A stretch of 64,000 nucleotides of DNA, from IMG/VR virus record IMGVR_UViG_3300050821_024094, positions 10,778-74,777 of that record; one strand, written 5' to 3'. Both the position numbers and the translations under genes were made by a program. Below the pieces are notes generated by a model, which saw nothing but the letters and a program-made list of their open reading frames with translations, was not told the origin of the DNA and searched no databases. This stretch comes from a virus. Numbering within the stretch: the first letter of the stretch is position 1; each line of letters opens with the position of its first letter. This document shows positions 9,536 through 19,075 of the stretch, piece by piece.

Positions 9536-10164
9536 CCTGGTTTAGCGAAGGTTTTCTTCGCTGGCCCCGTGAGCGTGACAACCTTTGGCAGGTTGGTATC
9601 GCTCTTGTCGTCGAGCCCGAGGTTGGTCGTGCCGACCGTTGCGATCGCGGTAGAGGTCAGTGTGATCGAGCTCTCGTCCATGACGATCGTCGAGTTGCCG
9701 ACCTTGAGCGTGATCTTCGCCTCTTCGAGCAGAACGGAGGCCTTGTCGCCGATCTTGTGCTCGATCGTCTTGCCCTTCATCCGCGAGACAGCGCCGTCGC
9801 CGTTCATGCGAACGTAGTCGTCGTCGTCGCTGTCGGGCTTGGTGTTGTCGTCGGTGAAGTGGCCGGCAACGACGATTGCGCTCTCCGGCGTTCCGGATGG
9901 CGAGATGACGGTGACTTGCTGGCCGACGACGGGGAGTGTCTTGGTCTTCAGGCTGCCGGAGCCGGAGCCCGCGAGCTCAACCCAGTAGAGCCAGTCGGTC
10001 TTGTTGGGATCGGCATCGTCGTCCGCCATGCCGTCATCGACGCGCACCATGCGCTTTGCTTTGTCGACGTCGGTGACGAGACCTTGATAAACGGTGCGGC
10101 GGACCCGCCGTTCGAGCTCCTCGATGCGCCGCATGAGCTGCGCGATCGGATCGGTTTGGCTCAT
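9532..10164 (-). CDS. Baseplate spike protein V
   Basis: G.VTDVD...TDWL.W...AG...P.VGQQV.V.SPSG motif. Confidence 0.9.
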   Translation of the reverse strand: MSQTDPIAQLMRRIEELERRVRRTVYQGLVTDVDKAKRMVRVDDGMADDDADPNKTDWLYWVELAGSGSGSLKTKTLPVVGQQVTVISPSGTPESAIVVAGHFTDDNTKPDSDDDDYVRMNGDGAVSRMKGKTIEHKIGDKASVLLEEAKITLKVGNSTIVMDESSITLTSTAIATVGTTNLGLDDKSDTNLPKVVTLTGPAKKTFAKPG

Positions 10165-10721
10165 TGAGTGACCGTGATCGTGTCAGGATCAGGCGACGTG
10201 GTGTCGCCATCGATGCTTGCGTGGGTGGTCACGCTTGGGAACACGAACGTCTGGCCTTGTTGGACCTGCATGAGCTGCGAGGCGTAGTCGGTGCCGATCG
10301 CGAGCTGGCAGACCCAGGCGACGCCCATGATGCAGATTTGATTCTTGTCCTGAGCCGTCGACCACAAGTTCTCGATCTCGATCTTGTCGGCCGGAAAGCC
10401 CGAGGCGTTGAAGTAGTTCCACTGGGCAAGAGCCGCGACCGCTTCCGCGATCGTCCAGCCCTCGACGTCGGCTTGCGCTCCGCGATCACCGCGCGTGGCG
10501 ATGAAGACGCCGACGTGAACGTCGAAGAGCACCGTGCCGTCAGGCAGTTTCTCGTGAGCGGGAGCACCGAGCACCGCCACATAGGCGGCCGGCGACTTCA
10601 TCGAGAGCCGCTCGAAGTCTTCCAGCGTGAATTTTCCGGGATGGGGCAGGACGTCCTTCAAGTTCGTGAACGAGGTCTTGAGCTTGTCGATGACCTTGCC
10701 GCGGTATTCGATGATGCTCAT
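10161..10721 (-). CDS. Tail completion/terminator protein (Mu gp37-like)
   Basis: HPGKF...PAAYVA.LG motif; position between morphogenesis gene and V. Confidence 0.7.
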   Translation of the reverse strand: MSIIEYRGKVIDKLKTSFTNLKDVLPHPGKFTLEDFERLSMKSPAAYVAVLGAPAHEKLPDGTVLFDVHVGVFIATRGDRGAQADVEGWTIAEAVAALAQWNYFNASGFPADKIEIENLWSTAQDKNQICIMGVAWVCQLAIGTDYASQLMQVQQGQTFVFPSVTTHASIDGDTTSPDPDTITVTQ

Positions 10722-10766
10722 GCGGTTGACCTCATCCAAAGCTCCAGGCGGCACGTAAGAGTCGGC

Positions 10767-10871
10767 ATGTGGCTTTTGTTGCTGCTCCTAATCGTGCTGC
10801 TTTACCCACCTCCCCTGTGGGTGAGCGTGCCGGCTCTTTTCATCGTGTATTGGGCCACCAAGGGCTCGTGA
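10767..10871 (+). CDS. 34-aa hydrophobic micropeptide 1
   Basis: MWLLLLLLIVLLYPPPLWVSVPALFIVYWATKGS; shares 18-bp start context with the next ORF. Confidence 0.5.
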   Translation: MWLLLLLLIVLLYPPPLWVSVPALFIVYWATKGS

Positions 10872-10899
10872 AACCGGGTGATCAAGAGGAAGAGTCGGC

Positions 10900-11010
10900 A
10901 TGTGGCTGAAATGGGCCTTCGCGCTGATGTTCCTTGCCGCGCTGATCCATCCCGGTGTGGGATTGCCGGGGATCGTGTTCGTGATCGCCCTCGCGTTCCT
11001 CACGGACTAG
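10900..11010 (+). CDS. 36-aa hydrophobic micropeptide 2
   Basis: MWLKWAFALMFLAALIHPGVGLPGIVFVIALAFLTD; GAGGA SD upstream. Confidence 0.55.
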   Translation: MWLKWAFALMFLAALIHPGVGLPGIVFVIALAFLTD

Positions 11011-11023
11011 CAGCGCGTTACCG

Positions 11024-11494
11024 TCACGCGGCGATCCCAATCAGCCGATGAACCCAGGCGTTGACGACCTGGTGGATTTCGACCTCGTTGCGTGCGGAGA
11101 AGCCCATGACGACGCGGGCGACCATCTTGGATGTACCGAATTGATGGAACGGCAGGTAGAGCACGCCCTTGCCGCGTGACGACGTTGCGGTGTTTCGCAT
11201 GCGAACGTTGTCAGCGCCGTAGGCGAGGCTCCAGGAGCGAGCCATCTTGCCGCTCTCGACCAGGATGTTCGCGTTGCCCTTGCGCTTGACCGTGTCCGGC
11301 TTGAGCGGAGCCCAGCGCCCGCCATCGGGCGAGGTCTTTTCAGAGAGCACCCGCCTGGTGTGTTGCTTCGCGATCAGCGCGCCGAGCTGGCGAAGTAGGC
11401 TCGCCTTGCCCATGCCGGAGGTCGGCCGCGCGAGCCGGACCACCATCCGTTCAACCGGCGCGAGACCGATGATCTCGGCGGAGAACAGCGACAT
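11024..11494 (-). CDS. Virion morphogenesis protein (Mu gpG / P2 gpS-like)
   Basis: SPDG.RWAPL...IL.ESG...HQFG..KM.AR..MGFS motif. Confidence 0.88.
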   Translation of the reverse strand: MSLFSAEIIGLAPVERMVVRLARPTSGMGKASLLRQLGALIAKQHTRRVLSEKTSPDGGRWAPLKPDTVKRKGNANILVESGKMARSWSLAYGADNVRMRNTATSSRGKGVLYLPFHQFGTSKMVARVVMGFSARNEVEIHQVVNAWVHRLIGIAA

Positions 11495-11498
11495 TGGC

Positions 11499-11921
11499 TC
11501 ACACCCGGATTGACTTGACGATGTTGCCTGCGCCGACGTTCGTGCCTTCCGCCGGGGACGGGTCGTTCGGGCTCGAGTCCTCGCGGACGCCGAGACCGGC
11601 TTGGCCTTTTGCGATCATCGCGAGGTGCTTGCGCCAGCTATCCGCGCGGCGCTGGAGCTCCTCGAACATCTTGTCCGCCGTGAGTGCAGCGGAGTAGAGC
11701 GCGAGGTCGATGTTGATGTTGCGCAGGATCAGCGGGGTCGGATTGACCGGCACCGGGAAGCGCGTCGAGACGTAGCTGTCGATCTCGGCCGCCGAGTCCT
11801 CCAGCGCCCGATCGAGCTTCGTGTAGTCGGGCGCCGAGGTGTCCTTCTCCCAGCAGACGCGGTCGACGGTCTCGGCCTCATAGCGAGCCAGCACGTCGTC
11901 GCGCGTTGCATAGGCGGACAT
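11499..11921 (-). CDS. Head-tail connector (Mu gp36 / gp436 family)
   Basis: YATRDD...RALEDSAAEIDSY..RF.VP...DLALY...L..IAKG motif. Confidence 0.88.
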   Translation of the reverse strand: MSAYATRDDVLARYEAETVDRVCWEKDTSAPDYTKLDRALEDSAAEIDSYVSTRFPVPVNPTPLILRNINIDLALYSAALTADKMFEELQRRADSWRKHLAMIAKGQAGLGVREDSSPNDPSPAEGTNVGAGNIVKSIRV

Positions 11922-11924
11922 GGA

Positions 11925-12074
11925 TCAATCTCCGGGGCTGGGAGCCTTTTCGAAATCGCCGCAGAGCGTCTCGACGATGTAGGCGCTCTCGTCATCGATA
12001 TCGAAGCGCTCTAGCCGACGACGCACCGGAGGCTTGCGCCAGCGTGTTCGACTTGATCGCACTCGCGCCTTCAT
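11925..12074 (-). CDS. Hypothetical 49-aa protein
   Basis: Manual ORF MKARVRSS...APSPGD with GGAG SD filling an operon gap. Confidence 0.35.
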   Translation of the reverse strand: MKARVRSSRTRWRKPPVRRRLERFDIDDESAYIVETLCGDFEKAPSPGD

Positions 12075-12102
12075 GGTGAAGCTCCGCTACGGCACGGGCA
12101 GC

Positions 12103-12504
12103 TTACTTCTTGGACCTGGCAGGCTTGCCGGGCGCCGGACCTGCGCCGCGTTCATCGCCGTTCGCCAGCGGGTCGCCGTCCGTCTTCATCGCGACAGGTG
12201 GCGGAAGCAGAGGCGTCACGCCGTCGTTGCGGAGCAGCTCGACGTCGCTTGGGTCGGGATCAACGGGAGCCACGACAACGGAGCCAGGCTCCGGCCGCGT
12301 CAGCACTTCCTCGATCTCCACCATCTGCGCGTCGAAGTCGTCTTGCGTGATCTTGCCGTCTGCGAGGTCGCGCTTGATCTCGGTCTGCCGCTGGTGCGCG
12401 TGACGCACCGCATTGTTGTAGTCGCGGACGGGATTGCCGATCGAGCGAGCCTTCGCTGCCTCGAAGCGCTTCGACCATCCGCGCGGATTACCAATCGTTG
12501 CCAT
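12103..12504 (-). CDS. Hypothetical head-associated protein
   Basis: AGGAG SD; downstream of capsid. Confidence 0.65.
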   Translation of the reverse strand: MATIGNPRGWSKRFEAAKARSIGNPVRDYNNAVRHAHQRQTEIKRDLADGKITQDDFDAQMVEIEEVLTRPEPGSVVVAPVDPDPSDVELLRNDGVTPLLPPPVAMKTDGDPLANGDERGAGPAPGKPARSKK

Positions 12505-12567
12505 GAGTGCTCCTGCATCACGAGAACGGGGGGGGCGCCATATGAGGGCGGCCCCGGTCTCGGACTA

Positions 12568-12996
12568 TTAAGTGACGACGCCGGTGGACGAGTCGATGAT
12601 CGTCCAGTGCGCGCCACGATGCTCGACAAGGAGCCACGCGCCAGCGGTCGTGAGCGCCACCGCGGTGATCGTGCCTCCGTTGTAGAGGTACGTCTTGTCC
12701 ACGGAGACGGTGTCGGTCGCGTGCGCGATCGAGGCGCACTTGAGGAGATGACGCTGCCCAATGATGCCGTTGGAGGCCGGGTTCGGGAGCTGCGCCACTT
12801 GGGCCGCGATGCCGGCGCCATCCGTGGTCAGGAGGATTTGGTAGGCGTCGACCGGCAGAGCGGTCGCCGCGAGATGCGACACGGTGACATTCTCGGCGTC
12901 CTGGAGGAGTTCGGGCGCCGCGTCGAGATAGTCGTAGAACGCCTTGAGCGTCGCCGACATGTGCGTTCTGTCGAACGTAGTGCGATATGCGGTCAT
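12568..12996 (-). CDS. Putative head decoration/structural protein
   Basis: Directly after capsid; beta-rich C-terminus. Confidence 0.6.
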   Translation of the reverse strand: MTAYRTTFDRTHMSATLKAFYDYLDAAPELLQDAENVTVSHLAATALPVDAYQILLTTDGAGIAAQVAQLPNPASNGIIGQRHLLKCASIAHATDTVSVDKTYLYNGGTITAVALTTAGAWLLVEHRGAHWTIIDSSTGVVT

Positions 12997-13085
12997 GGTT
13001 CACCTTCAAAGAGTTGGTTGGGGAGGGGCAGGCCCCTCCCCGGCTCTTGAAAGCCGCTGGAAACGGCTCCGCGAGCAGATCGGCG

Positions 13086-14072
13086 TTACGAGCCGAGCTT
13101 GTGTTTAAAGATGACGGCGCGGATCAGCTTGTGATCGTACACCTTCGTCCAGTTGCCGCTGTCCGCGAGCTCCGTGTTCGCCGGAGTGGGGTTCGGCGCG
13201 GTGGCACCGACGGGCGTGGCAGGAATGCCGTTCTGCGGGGTCCACTTCACACCGCGCGTGTGCATGCAGAGCCAGCGACGATGGACGAGCCACTCGCTAC
13301 CAGCACCGACGAGCGCGCGACGCTCGATCTCGACCGGGCGACGCGGCGATGCGGTCGCATAACCGATGGCGCCTGGCCCAAAGATGTAGGTCTGGTAGAC
13401 GCCGCTCACCTTCGGCATGGTGTCGTCGACCAGGACGAACTTGCCCTGGTAGACCGGGATGTCTTCGCCGCCATCAGACGGCTTGATGAAGTCGATGAGG
13501 TCCTGCTTCTTCATCGTCTTGTAGGTGTCCGAGTGGACAGCCACACCGGCCAGCGCGTCCTGGTGATCACCAAGCACGCCGCAGGCGTCGATGAAGGAGT
13601 GCGGATCGAAGTTCGCCGCCGAGCCCGTGAGGATGGAGATATCGGAAACGTTCTCGGTCACCTTGCCGATCTGGCCGGCAACGGCGCTGAGCAGGATGTG
13701 CTGCTCGGCGCGAACCCAGAAGGCCGCGAAGCGGTTGGCGATCACCGCCATCGGGTCTGCGCCGGTGAGGTCGGCCGAGAGGTCCGACGCGCCGAACGCC
13801 TTGGCGCGGCCGAGCTTCACAGCGACGTCGAGGCCGGAAGTGACATTGTTCACTGTCAGGTCGAGCGTGTCGTTCATGACGTCATCCGACCCGGGCAGGT
13901 CGTTGAAGAACGGCATGTTGACGGTGACGCCGCCCATCTGAGGCATGAGCTCAGCGGTCAGGTCGATGAGGATGCCGCTCTGACGGAAGCGCGACAGTTC
14001 CGTGGTCTTGACGAGCACGTAACGATCGAACACCTCCGGGATGATTAGGTCGGAGAGGAGGGTCTCAGCCAT
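13086..14072 (-). CDS. Major capsid protein
   Basis: T.LSDLIIPEVF..YV...GG.TVNMPFFNDL.G...LAD..NWTKVYD.K.I pattern; follows scaffold. Confidence 0.92.
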   Translation of the reverse strand: MAETLLSDLIIPEVFDRYVLVKTTELSRFRQSGILIDLTAELMPQMGGVTVNMPFFNDLPGSDDVMNDTLDLTVNNVTSGLDVAVKLGRAKAFGASDLSADLTGADPMAVIANRFAAFWVRAEQHILLSAVAGQIGKVTENVSDISILTGSAANFDPHSFIDACGVLGDHQDALAGVAVHSDTYKTMKKQDLIDFIKPSDGGEDIPVYQGKFVLVDDTMPKVSGVYQTYIFGPGAIGYATASPRRPVEIERRALVGAGSEWLVHRRWLCMHTRGVKWTPQNGIPATPVGATAPNPTPANTELADSGNWTKVYDHKLIRAVIFKHKLGS

Positions 14073-14141
14073 GTTCTTGTTCTTCTCTTGAGACATGAGA
14101 GGCGCCAGCGGCCCCTCTCAGTGGCGGGATGGGTGGTCCGA

Positions 14142-14972
14142 TTACGCCACGCCGGCCTGCGCTTTGAGCGCGGCAGCAAGTGTCGGATCGGCGCGCGTGA
14201 TGCGCATTTGCTCAGTGAGGTTCTCGGTGGGTTTCATCCAGGGGTTGGCTTTGGTGCCACTTCCCAGATTTCCGTTGCCGCTACCGGACGCGCCTGACCC
14301 GGAGTTCCCCGATGCTTCGAAGGCTCGCCCGAACTTCGGGTCCACCTTGAGCTTCTTGACGAGGTCCGTGATCGTCGAGTTGACGGGCTTGCCGTCCTTG
14401 ATCGTGATGTCCGGGTTCCCGTTGGAGTCGAGCACTTGGACGCTGAAATGCCCGTCAGTCTCCACGACCTTGAGGCGTGGCTTGATGACGCCGAGCAGAA
14501 GCTCGGGGACGCCCTTCTCTTCGATGATCGCCGTCGATGCATGGCTTTCGACCAGAAGTCGGGTGATCTCGCCGGAGAGCTGGCCTTCACGCTTGTCGCG
14601 CTTGCCAATTTCGTCGGTGTGCGACTTGGTCAACTCCGTGACCTGGGCCTCCACTCGCGCTGCCGCGAGACGGTCGGCTTCGGACGCCGGGTCGATCTTC
14701 TTCAGACGTTCCAGATCAGCCAGTTGGGTCCGCAGCGTCTTGGGTGCTGGGAGACCCTTGTAGCCTTCGAGGGCGGCCTTGGCGCTGTCGAGCTCGCCTT
14801 TGGTGGATGCGAATGCGGACTTGAGACCATCGACGTTTTCGAGGGTCAGTCCGTTCACAGGCTCCACGGCGAGAATGAACTTGCCGGCGTTGTCGCCTTC
14901 GGTGACCGGGACGTAGAGAAGCTTGGTCGCGTCGTCGAGATTGTCGAGGGAATCGACAAGAGCTTTCAGCAT
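14142..14972 (-). CDS. Capsid scaffolding protein
   Basis: LK..VDSLD...LY...G.F.L.V N-terminus, coiled coil, GSGA...NPW...NLTEQ..I.R.DP C-terminus. Confidence 0.85.
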   Translation of the reverse strand: MLKALVDSLDNLDDATKLLYVPVTEGDNAGKFILAVEPVNGLTLENVDGLKSAFASTKGELDSAKAALEGYKGLPAPKTLRTQLADLERLKKIDPASEADRLAAARVEAQVTELTKSHTDEIGKRDKREGQLSGEITRLLVESHASTAIIEEKGVPELLLGVIKPRLKVVETDGHFSVQVLDSNGNPDITIKDGKPVNSTITDLVKKLKVDPKFGRAFEASGNSGSGASGSGNGNLGSGTKANPWMKPTENLTEQMRITRADPTLAAALKAQAGVA

Positions 14973-15202
14973 TGCTTGATCCTGGGATTGAGGCGTCGCC
15001 TCGGTGACCGGATGCAGTCCGGCGGCAGGGAGCGCTCGGCTCCTGTGACCGGCATGACGGGCCGGCAGAACGCCGCACGCTTGGGGCTCGCCCTACGTGC
15101 AGGCCGTCAGAGACGGGGAAGAATGGGCCGATCTCGCTAGGGAGACACGGCGCTTGGTTGAAGAAAGAACAGCGAAAATAGCCGCTATAAAAAAATGCGA
15201 AT

Positions 15203-15436
15203 ATGCAACTACCACAGGAAGGGTCCATCCTCGCATGGTTGGTCTACTGCGAGGTCGCCATGACTCCCCACGAACTGCCAAAAGATGATCTCATCGAAAT
15301 TGAGATCGGTAAGAATCAACGAGTGCGGATTGTCGGAAAGTTCGCGCTCGTGTCGGCCACAATCATCGCGGTCGCCGCACCCCTCAGTGGGATACTGAAG
15401 ATCGCGTTCGGCCACATACTAACGTTGTTTCGGTGA
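15203..15436 (+). CDS. Small membrane protein (alternative start 15260)
   Basis: C-terminal TM segment; GAGG before ATG at 15260. Confidence 0.5.
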   Translation: MQLPQEGSILAWLVYCEVAMTPHELPKDDLIEIEIGKNQRVRIVGKFALVSATIIAVAAPLSGILKIAFGHILTLFR

Positions 15437-15459
15437 TCAAGGTGCCGCGCTAACGCCAG

Positions 15460-16158
15460 CTACGCAAAATGTCGATACAGGTAGTCGATGCCGAAGAGGG
15501 CGGCGATGATGATGGTGACGAGACCGCCGTAGACTAATGAATTCTGAATAGCTTTAAAGATCGCGTAGACGCGCAGCGGATGAAAGGGAACACCGATATA
15601 TCGCAGAAACCACATTGTTCGATGGTTCAGGTACATCAGAATAGACGGCGTAGGGACATCTAGCCTGAAGAAAGGAGAATGAGCTTTAAGCTCTCTCCAA
15701 GTCGCATCCGCCCACTCTTCCAACTGCATTTTTCTACGGTTTCTTTCCTCTTCGCTCAATCCACGTTCTTCCAGCCTGTGGTACATGAGAGCCATCTGAT
15801 CATTCGCGTCCACGCCCATCAAATACCGTTGGTATTCCCGCTTGCTCAACGAGACTCCGCGCCCGCCTGAAAATACAACCACGCCCAGAACGTCATAGAT
15901 GAGTGGTGGCAGGGGCGGCAGATGCAGCTTCTGCACAAGGACGTGGACGAACTCACGATAGCCCGCGATCCAGTCCGATACGCGATGCCCAAATTCAACC
16001 AAGATCGGCCTGTGCGACAGTGGTACCTGTGCAACGCACCAATCCCAGGCGTCGATAACAAACTGCAACTTCGACAGAATGCTCACGAAACCGTGCAGCG
16101 CCCATACCGCAGACGCCAAGCCGAAAATCCACGCGGCGATCGTGCGCACGTTGGTCAC
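15460..16158 (-). CDS. Membrane protein, paralogue 3 of tandem array
   Basis: GTG start overlapping upstream TGA; ends AALFGIDYLYRHFA. Confidence 0.8.
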   Translation of the reverse strand: MTNVRTIAAWIFGLASAVWALHGFVSILSKLQFVIDAWDWCVAQVPLSHRPILVEFGHRVSDWIAGYREFVHVLVQKLHLPPLPPLIYDVLGVVVFSGGRGVSLSKREYQRYLMGVDANDQMALMYHRLEERGLSEEERNRRKMQLEEWADATWRELKAHSPFFRLDVPTPSILMYLNHRTMWFLRYIGVPFHPLRVYAIFKAIQNSLVYGGLVTIIIAALFGIDYLYRHFA

Positions 16159-16844
16159 GCGAAATGTCGGTACAGGTAGTCGATCCCGAAAAGGGCGGCG
16201 ATCACGAGCGCGACGAGGCCGCTGTAGAACGACGCCGTGATGGCCTGCGCAACGACCCTTGTTAGAGGTCCTAACAAGCTGATCAGTAGGGACGAGCCTG
16301 CAATTTTTTGTAAGACCCCAAGCTGCCATCGTAAAGCGATGCCGCTTGCCCGGCGATACAAGGAATATTTCATCACCGACGAAAACGGAAAGTCCAGCTC
16401 ACGCATCTTCCTCATTCTATCGGCCTTAGAATCGGCCTCAGACATTGAGTTTATTATCTCTTCAGCCCTACGTCTGTCAGCAGCGCGAGTTTCGTCGTAT
16501 GCCTTCATGTACCGCTTTTCGGCGAGGTTTGTAATCCACCGGCCTCTGGCCATCGAAAAGGCGGCAATGCCAGCCCAGTCATAGATCAACTGTGGCAGCT
16601 TCGGCAGATGCAGCATCTGGACCAGCCCATGCACCAGAGCACGATAGCCAGTCACCAATTGCGATATCAGCTTGCCGATTGTCAGCGCGACCGTCTTCAC
16701 CGTCAGTGGTGCATGATTCGCGGACCAGTCGAGGCTGTCGACAACGAATCCAAGTCGAGAAAGCGTGCTGAAGGTGCCGAAGATTGCCCAGACAAACAGC
16801 GCAATGCCGATCACCCAACTGGCGTACTTGCGGATGCTCGTCAT
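16155..16844 (-). CDS. Membrane protein, paralogue 2 of tandem array
   Basis: ATGA coupling; ends AALFGIDYLYRHFA. Confidence 0.85.
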   Translation of the reverse strand: MTSIRKYASWVIGIALFVWAIFGTFSTLSRLGFVVDSLDWSANHAPLTVKTVALTIGKLISQLVTGYRALVHGLVQMLHLPKLPQLIYDWAGIAAFSMARGRWITNLAEKRYMKAYDETRAADRRRAEEIINSMSEADSKADRMRKMRELDFPFSSVMKYSLYRRASGIALRWQLGVLQKIAGSSLLISLLGPLTRVVAQAITASFYSGLVALVIAALFGIDYLYRHFA

Positions 16845-17494
16845 GCGAAGTGCCGATAGAGGAAGTCGATGCCGAAAAGGGCGGCGAGGATGATGGCGAC
16901 GGTGCCACAGTAAACGAACGAGACGATCAATCTTGCGCGATATCGATCTAAATTGGTGTCAAGATGCGAGGTTTTGGAATATAGCCAACGTGATAACTGA
17001 AGAAGTAACAATGGAGAAGGGTCGTCGCGCATTTGCCCACGAGCACTGTACATTTCGGCCTCTTCCTTTGTTATCTCCGAATAGTCGTTCTTAGAAATTG
17101 CGGTTTCAATCTTTTGACGCCGTAATGCCAGCCTCTCGTGTTCTTTCAAAGCATCTCGGCGCTGAAGCCACTCTCCGCGCTTAATCGAAAACACTTCGAG
17201 CACGAGCACGTCATAAGCTTCCTGCGGCAAGCGCGGCAGCCGCAACATCTCGACTAAGCCGTGGACGAACTCGCGGTAGCCTCCGACGATCCCGGACACG
17301 TTTTTGCCAACCGCAAGCGCGACAGCTCTGATGGAGATCGGAACTTGATCGACTGACCACGTCCAGCCGTCGACGAGGAACTTCAGCTCAGAGAAGATGC
17401 TGAAGGCCGACACCGTCGCCCAGCAGAACAGCACAATGCCGATCACCCAGCCAATAAACTTGAGCATGCGCTTCCCCCACGATACGGTCACCAT
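16841..17494 (-). CDS. Membrane protein, paralogue 1 of tandem array
   Basis: Ends AALFGIDFLYRHFA; conserved N-terminal half. Confidence 0.85.
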   Translation of the reverse strand: MVTVSWGKRMLKFIGWVIGIVLFCWATVSAFSIFSELKFLVDGWTWSVDQVPISIRAVALAVGKNVSGIVGGYREFVHGLVEMLRLPRLPQEAYDVLVLEVFSIKRGEWLQRRDALKEHERLALRRQKIETAISKNDYSEITKEEAEMYSARGQMRDDPSPLLLLQLSRWLYSKTSHLDTNLDRYRARLIVSFVYCGTVAIILAALFGIDFLYRHFA

Positions 17495-17503
17495 ACCAGG
17501 GGC

Positions 17504-17881
17504 ATGAGAAACGCCACAATGATCCGGTACAATATTTCGCTACCAGTGGTGTCGGCAGTTCTATTGCTCATAGCGTGCACGACGGCGGCACCAGCATACG
17601 AATGCTCGCAGGCCACTTTTCAAAGGGCTCGGCCAAAAGTGCAGCTATTATTCGGGGCAGGCATCCTACAAAACATGCCGAATCCCGAAGCTAGTCTTAG
17701 TGTTCTTGTAGCCGAGAACTATTGGGCGCGAATGACGTATCCGGAAAAGCAGAGGTTTGCCGACGAATTTGTGTGTGCCATTGCTGGGGCGGGCAAGGGA
17801 CTCTTAAGTCTGAGTTTCAAATCCTTGATGAGCGGGAAGACGATCGGGGAATGGTCGGCTGGAACGCTTACCATCCCATAA
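17504..17881 (+). CDS. Secreted protein/lipoprotein (moron)
   Basis: Signal peptide, possible lipobox LIAC; AT-richer DNA. Confidence 0.65.
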   Translation: MRNATMIRYNISLPVVSAVLLLIACTTAAPAYECSQATFQRARPKVQLLFGAGILQNMPNPEASLSVLVAENYWARMTYPEKQRFADEFVCAIAGAGKGLLSLSFKSLMSGKTIGEWSAGTLTIP

Positions 17882-17902
17882 GACCGTGCACGGGGAAATA
17901 CA

Positions 17903-18223
17903 TCAGGTCAGCACCCAGGCAGTGATGTCTGCGCCGGTTCCAGTCGCGCGCACGGCGCGGATGATCAGCCAATCGATGACGGTGAGGCCGACCGGAACCT
18001 TGAGGTCCACATGCACGCTGTCGTCCTGGCACTCGACGGTGACCGCGCGGATCACCTCGGCTGCCGTGCCAGCGTTGAACACCGCAAGCTTGCCGTAAAC
18101 CGGCAAGTCGTTGGTGTCGTTCGGCGTGACCGGCAGAGCATCCCTCGCCGGCGCGATCGCACGATGCGAGGCGCAGGAGAATTTGAGCACGTCGCTGGAA
18201 GAGACATACGAGTTCGTGGTCAT
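17903..18223 (-). CDS. Head spike base protein-like (RcGTA rcc01079 family)
   Basis: APA.DA..VTPND..DLP...L.V..AG...VRATGT motif. Confidence 0.7.
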   Translation of the reverse strand: MTTNSYVSSSDVLKFSCASHRAIAPARDALPVTPNDTNDLPVYGKLAVFNAGTAAEVIRAVTVECQDDSVHVDLKVPVGLTVIDWLIIRAVRATGTGADITAWVLT

Positions 18224-18422
18224 GGACGTGTCCCGATGTTGGACGAAAGGAGTGCGACGGGGGTCAGGTGCGCGGGCGGTCGTTGCCTGCTACGGCCGTC
18301 TGCCTGACTCGGTGCGCGCCGCGTGTGAAAGGAGAACCACGCGCCCCGTCGCAAGCGATCCGGTGACGGAGGGCACCAGGTTCGCTCATGCATGGCCTAA
18401 GGGCAGGCCACGCGAAGGAAGT

Positions 18423-18674
18423 TCAGTGAATGGTCTTCTGCTCTCCACCGCTCGTCGCGAAGATGACGGCAGAGGGATCGAGATACAGGGTCAGCGAGAG
18501 CTGATTGGGTGAGGTGACGTAAGAGAGCCCGACGACGCCTTCGAGGACGATGCCCTCGACCATGGCGACGAGCACACCATGCTCGTTGCGCTCGAGCGTG
18601 ATCTTGCCAGTGAATGGCGGAGTGTCGATCTCGCGCTTGGCGTCTTCCCGCTTGTCGTCTTTCTTGCTCGCCAT
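18423..18674 (-). CDS. Hypothetical protein
   Basis: Coupled small-gene cluster. Confidence 0.6.
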   Translation of the reverse strand: MASKKDDKREDAKREIDTPPFTGKITLERNEHGVLVAMVEGIVLEGVVGLSYVTSPNQLSLTLYLDPSAVIFATSGGEQKTIH

Positions 18675-18675
18675 G

Positions 18676-18882
18676 TCAGCCCTTCCGTTTGCCCTTGCGC
18701 ATACCCATCAGCGTGATCGCCTCGCGGGCCTCCGCGCCGAGCTTACCGGGTGCGCCCTTTTCCTTCTCCGCGTAGGCGCGCGTCGTCATGTGAGCGCGCT
18801 GCGCCTTCGCCTTGAAGACGCCGCGGTGTGATTTCGGGATCGACTTGGCGATCCAATTCGATTGATGACCGACCTTGGCCAT
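18676..18882 (-). CDS. Small basic protein (possible nucleic-acid binding)
   Basis: NWI..SI...G...GKLG..AR.A.TL pattern; GGAG SD. Confidence 0.65.
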   Translation of the reverse strand: MAKVGHQSNWIAKSIPKSHRGVFKAKAQRAHMTTRAYAEKEKGAPGKLGAEAREAITLMGMRKGKRKG

Positions 18883-18892
18883 GGCGGCTCCC

Positions 18893-19075
18893 TTAGTGCT
18901 TCACGTCCACCTTGCAGCCAGCCGCAACGGACATGGTGTTCTTCGGCCAGGTGCCGGGGCTCACGAGAAACGTGTGAGCTGCAACCTCGCAGTCATTGAG
19001 CTTGTCGAACGGCTTGGCGCTCACCTGCGGACTAGAACTGCCGGCGAGGTAAATCAGCGTGACGAAAAGATACAT
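18893..19075 (-). CDS. Small exported protein
   Basis: GGAG SD; hydrophobic N-terminus; two Cys. Confidence 0.55.
   Translation of the reverse strand: MYLFVTLIYLAGSSSPQVSAKPFDKLNDCEVAAHTFLVSPGTWPKNTMSVAAGCKVDVKH

Noticed and set aside
236-14763. Long plus-strand ORFs (e.g. 729-2063, 3451-4785, 4894-6186, 6267-7508, 12987-14048)
   Set aside because: Antisense shadows of high-GC structural genes; Arg-rich with no recognisable motifs.
15460-17494. Diversity-generating retroelement or invertible shufflon
   Set aside because: No reverse transcriptase, no TR/VR pair with A-specific differences, no invertase or inverted repeats seen.
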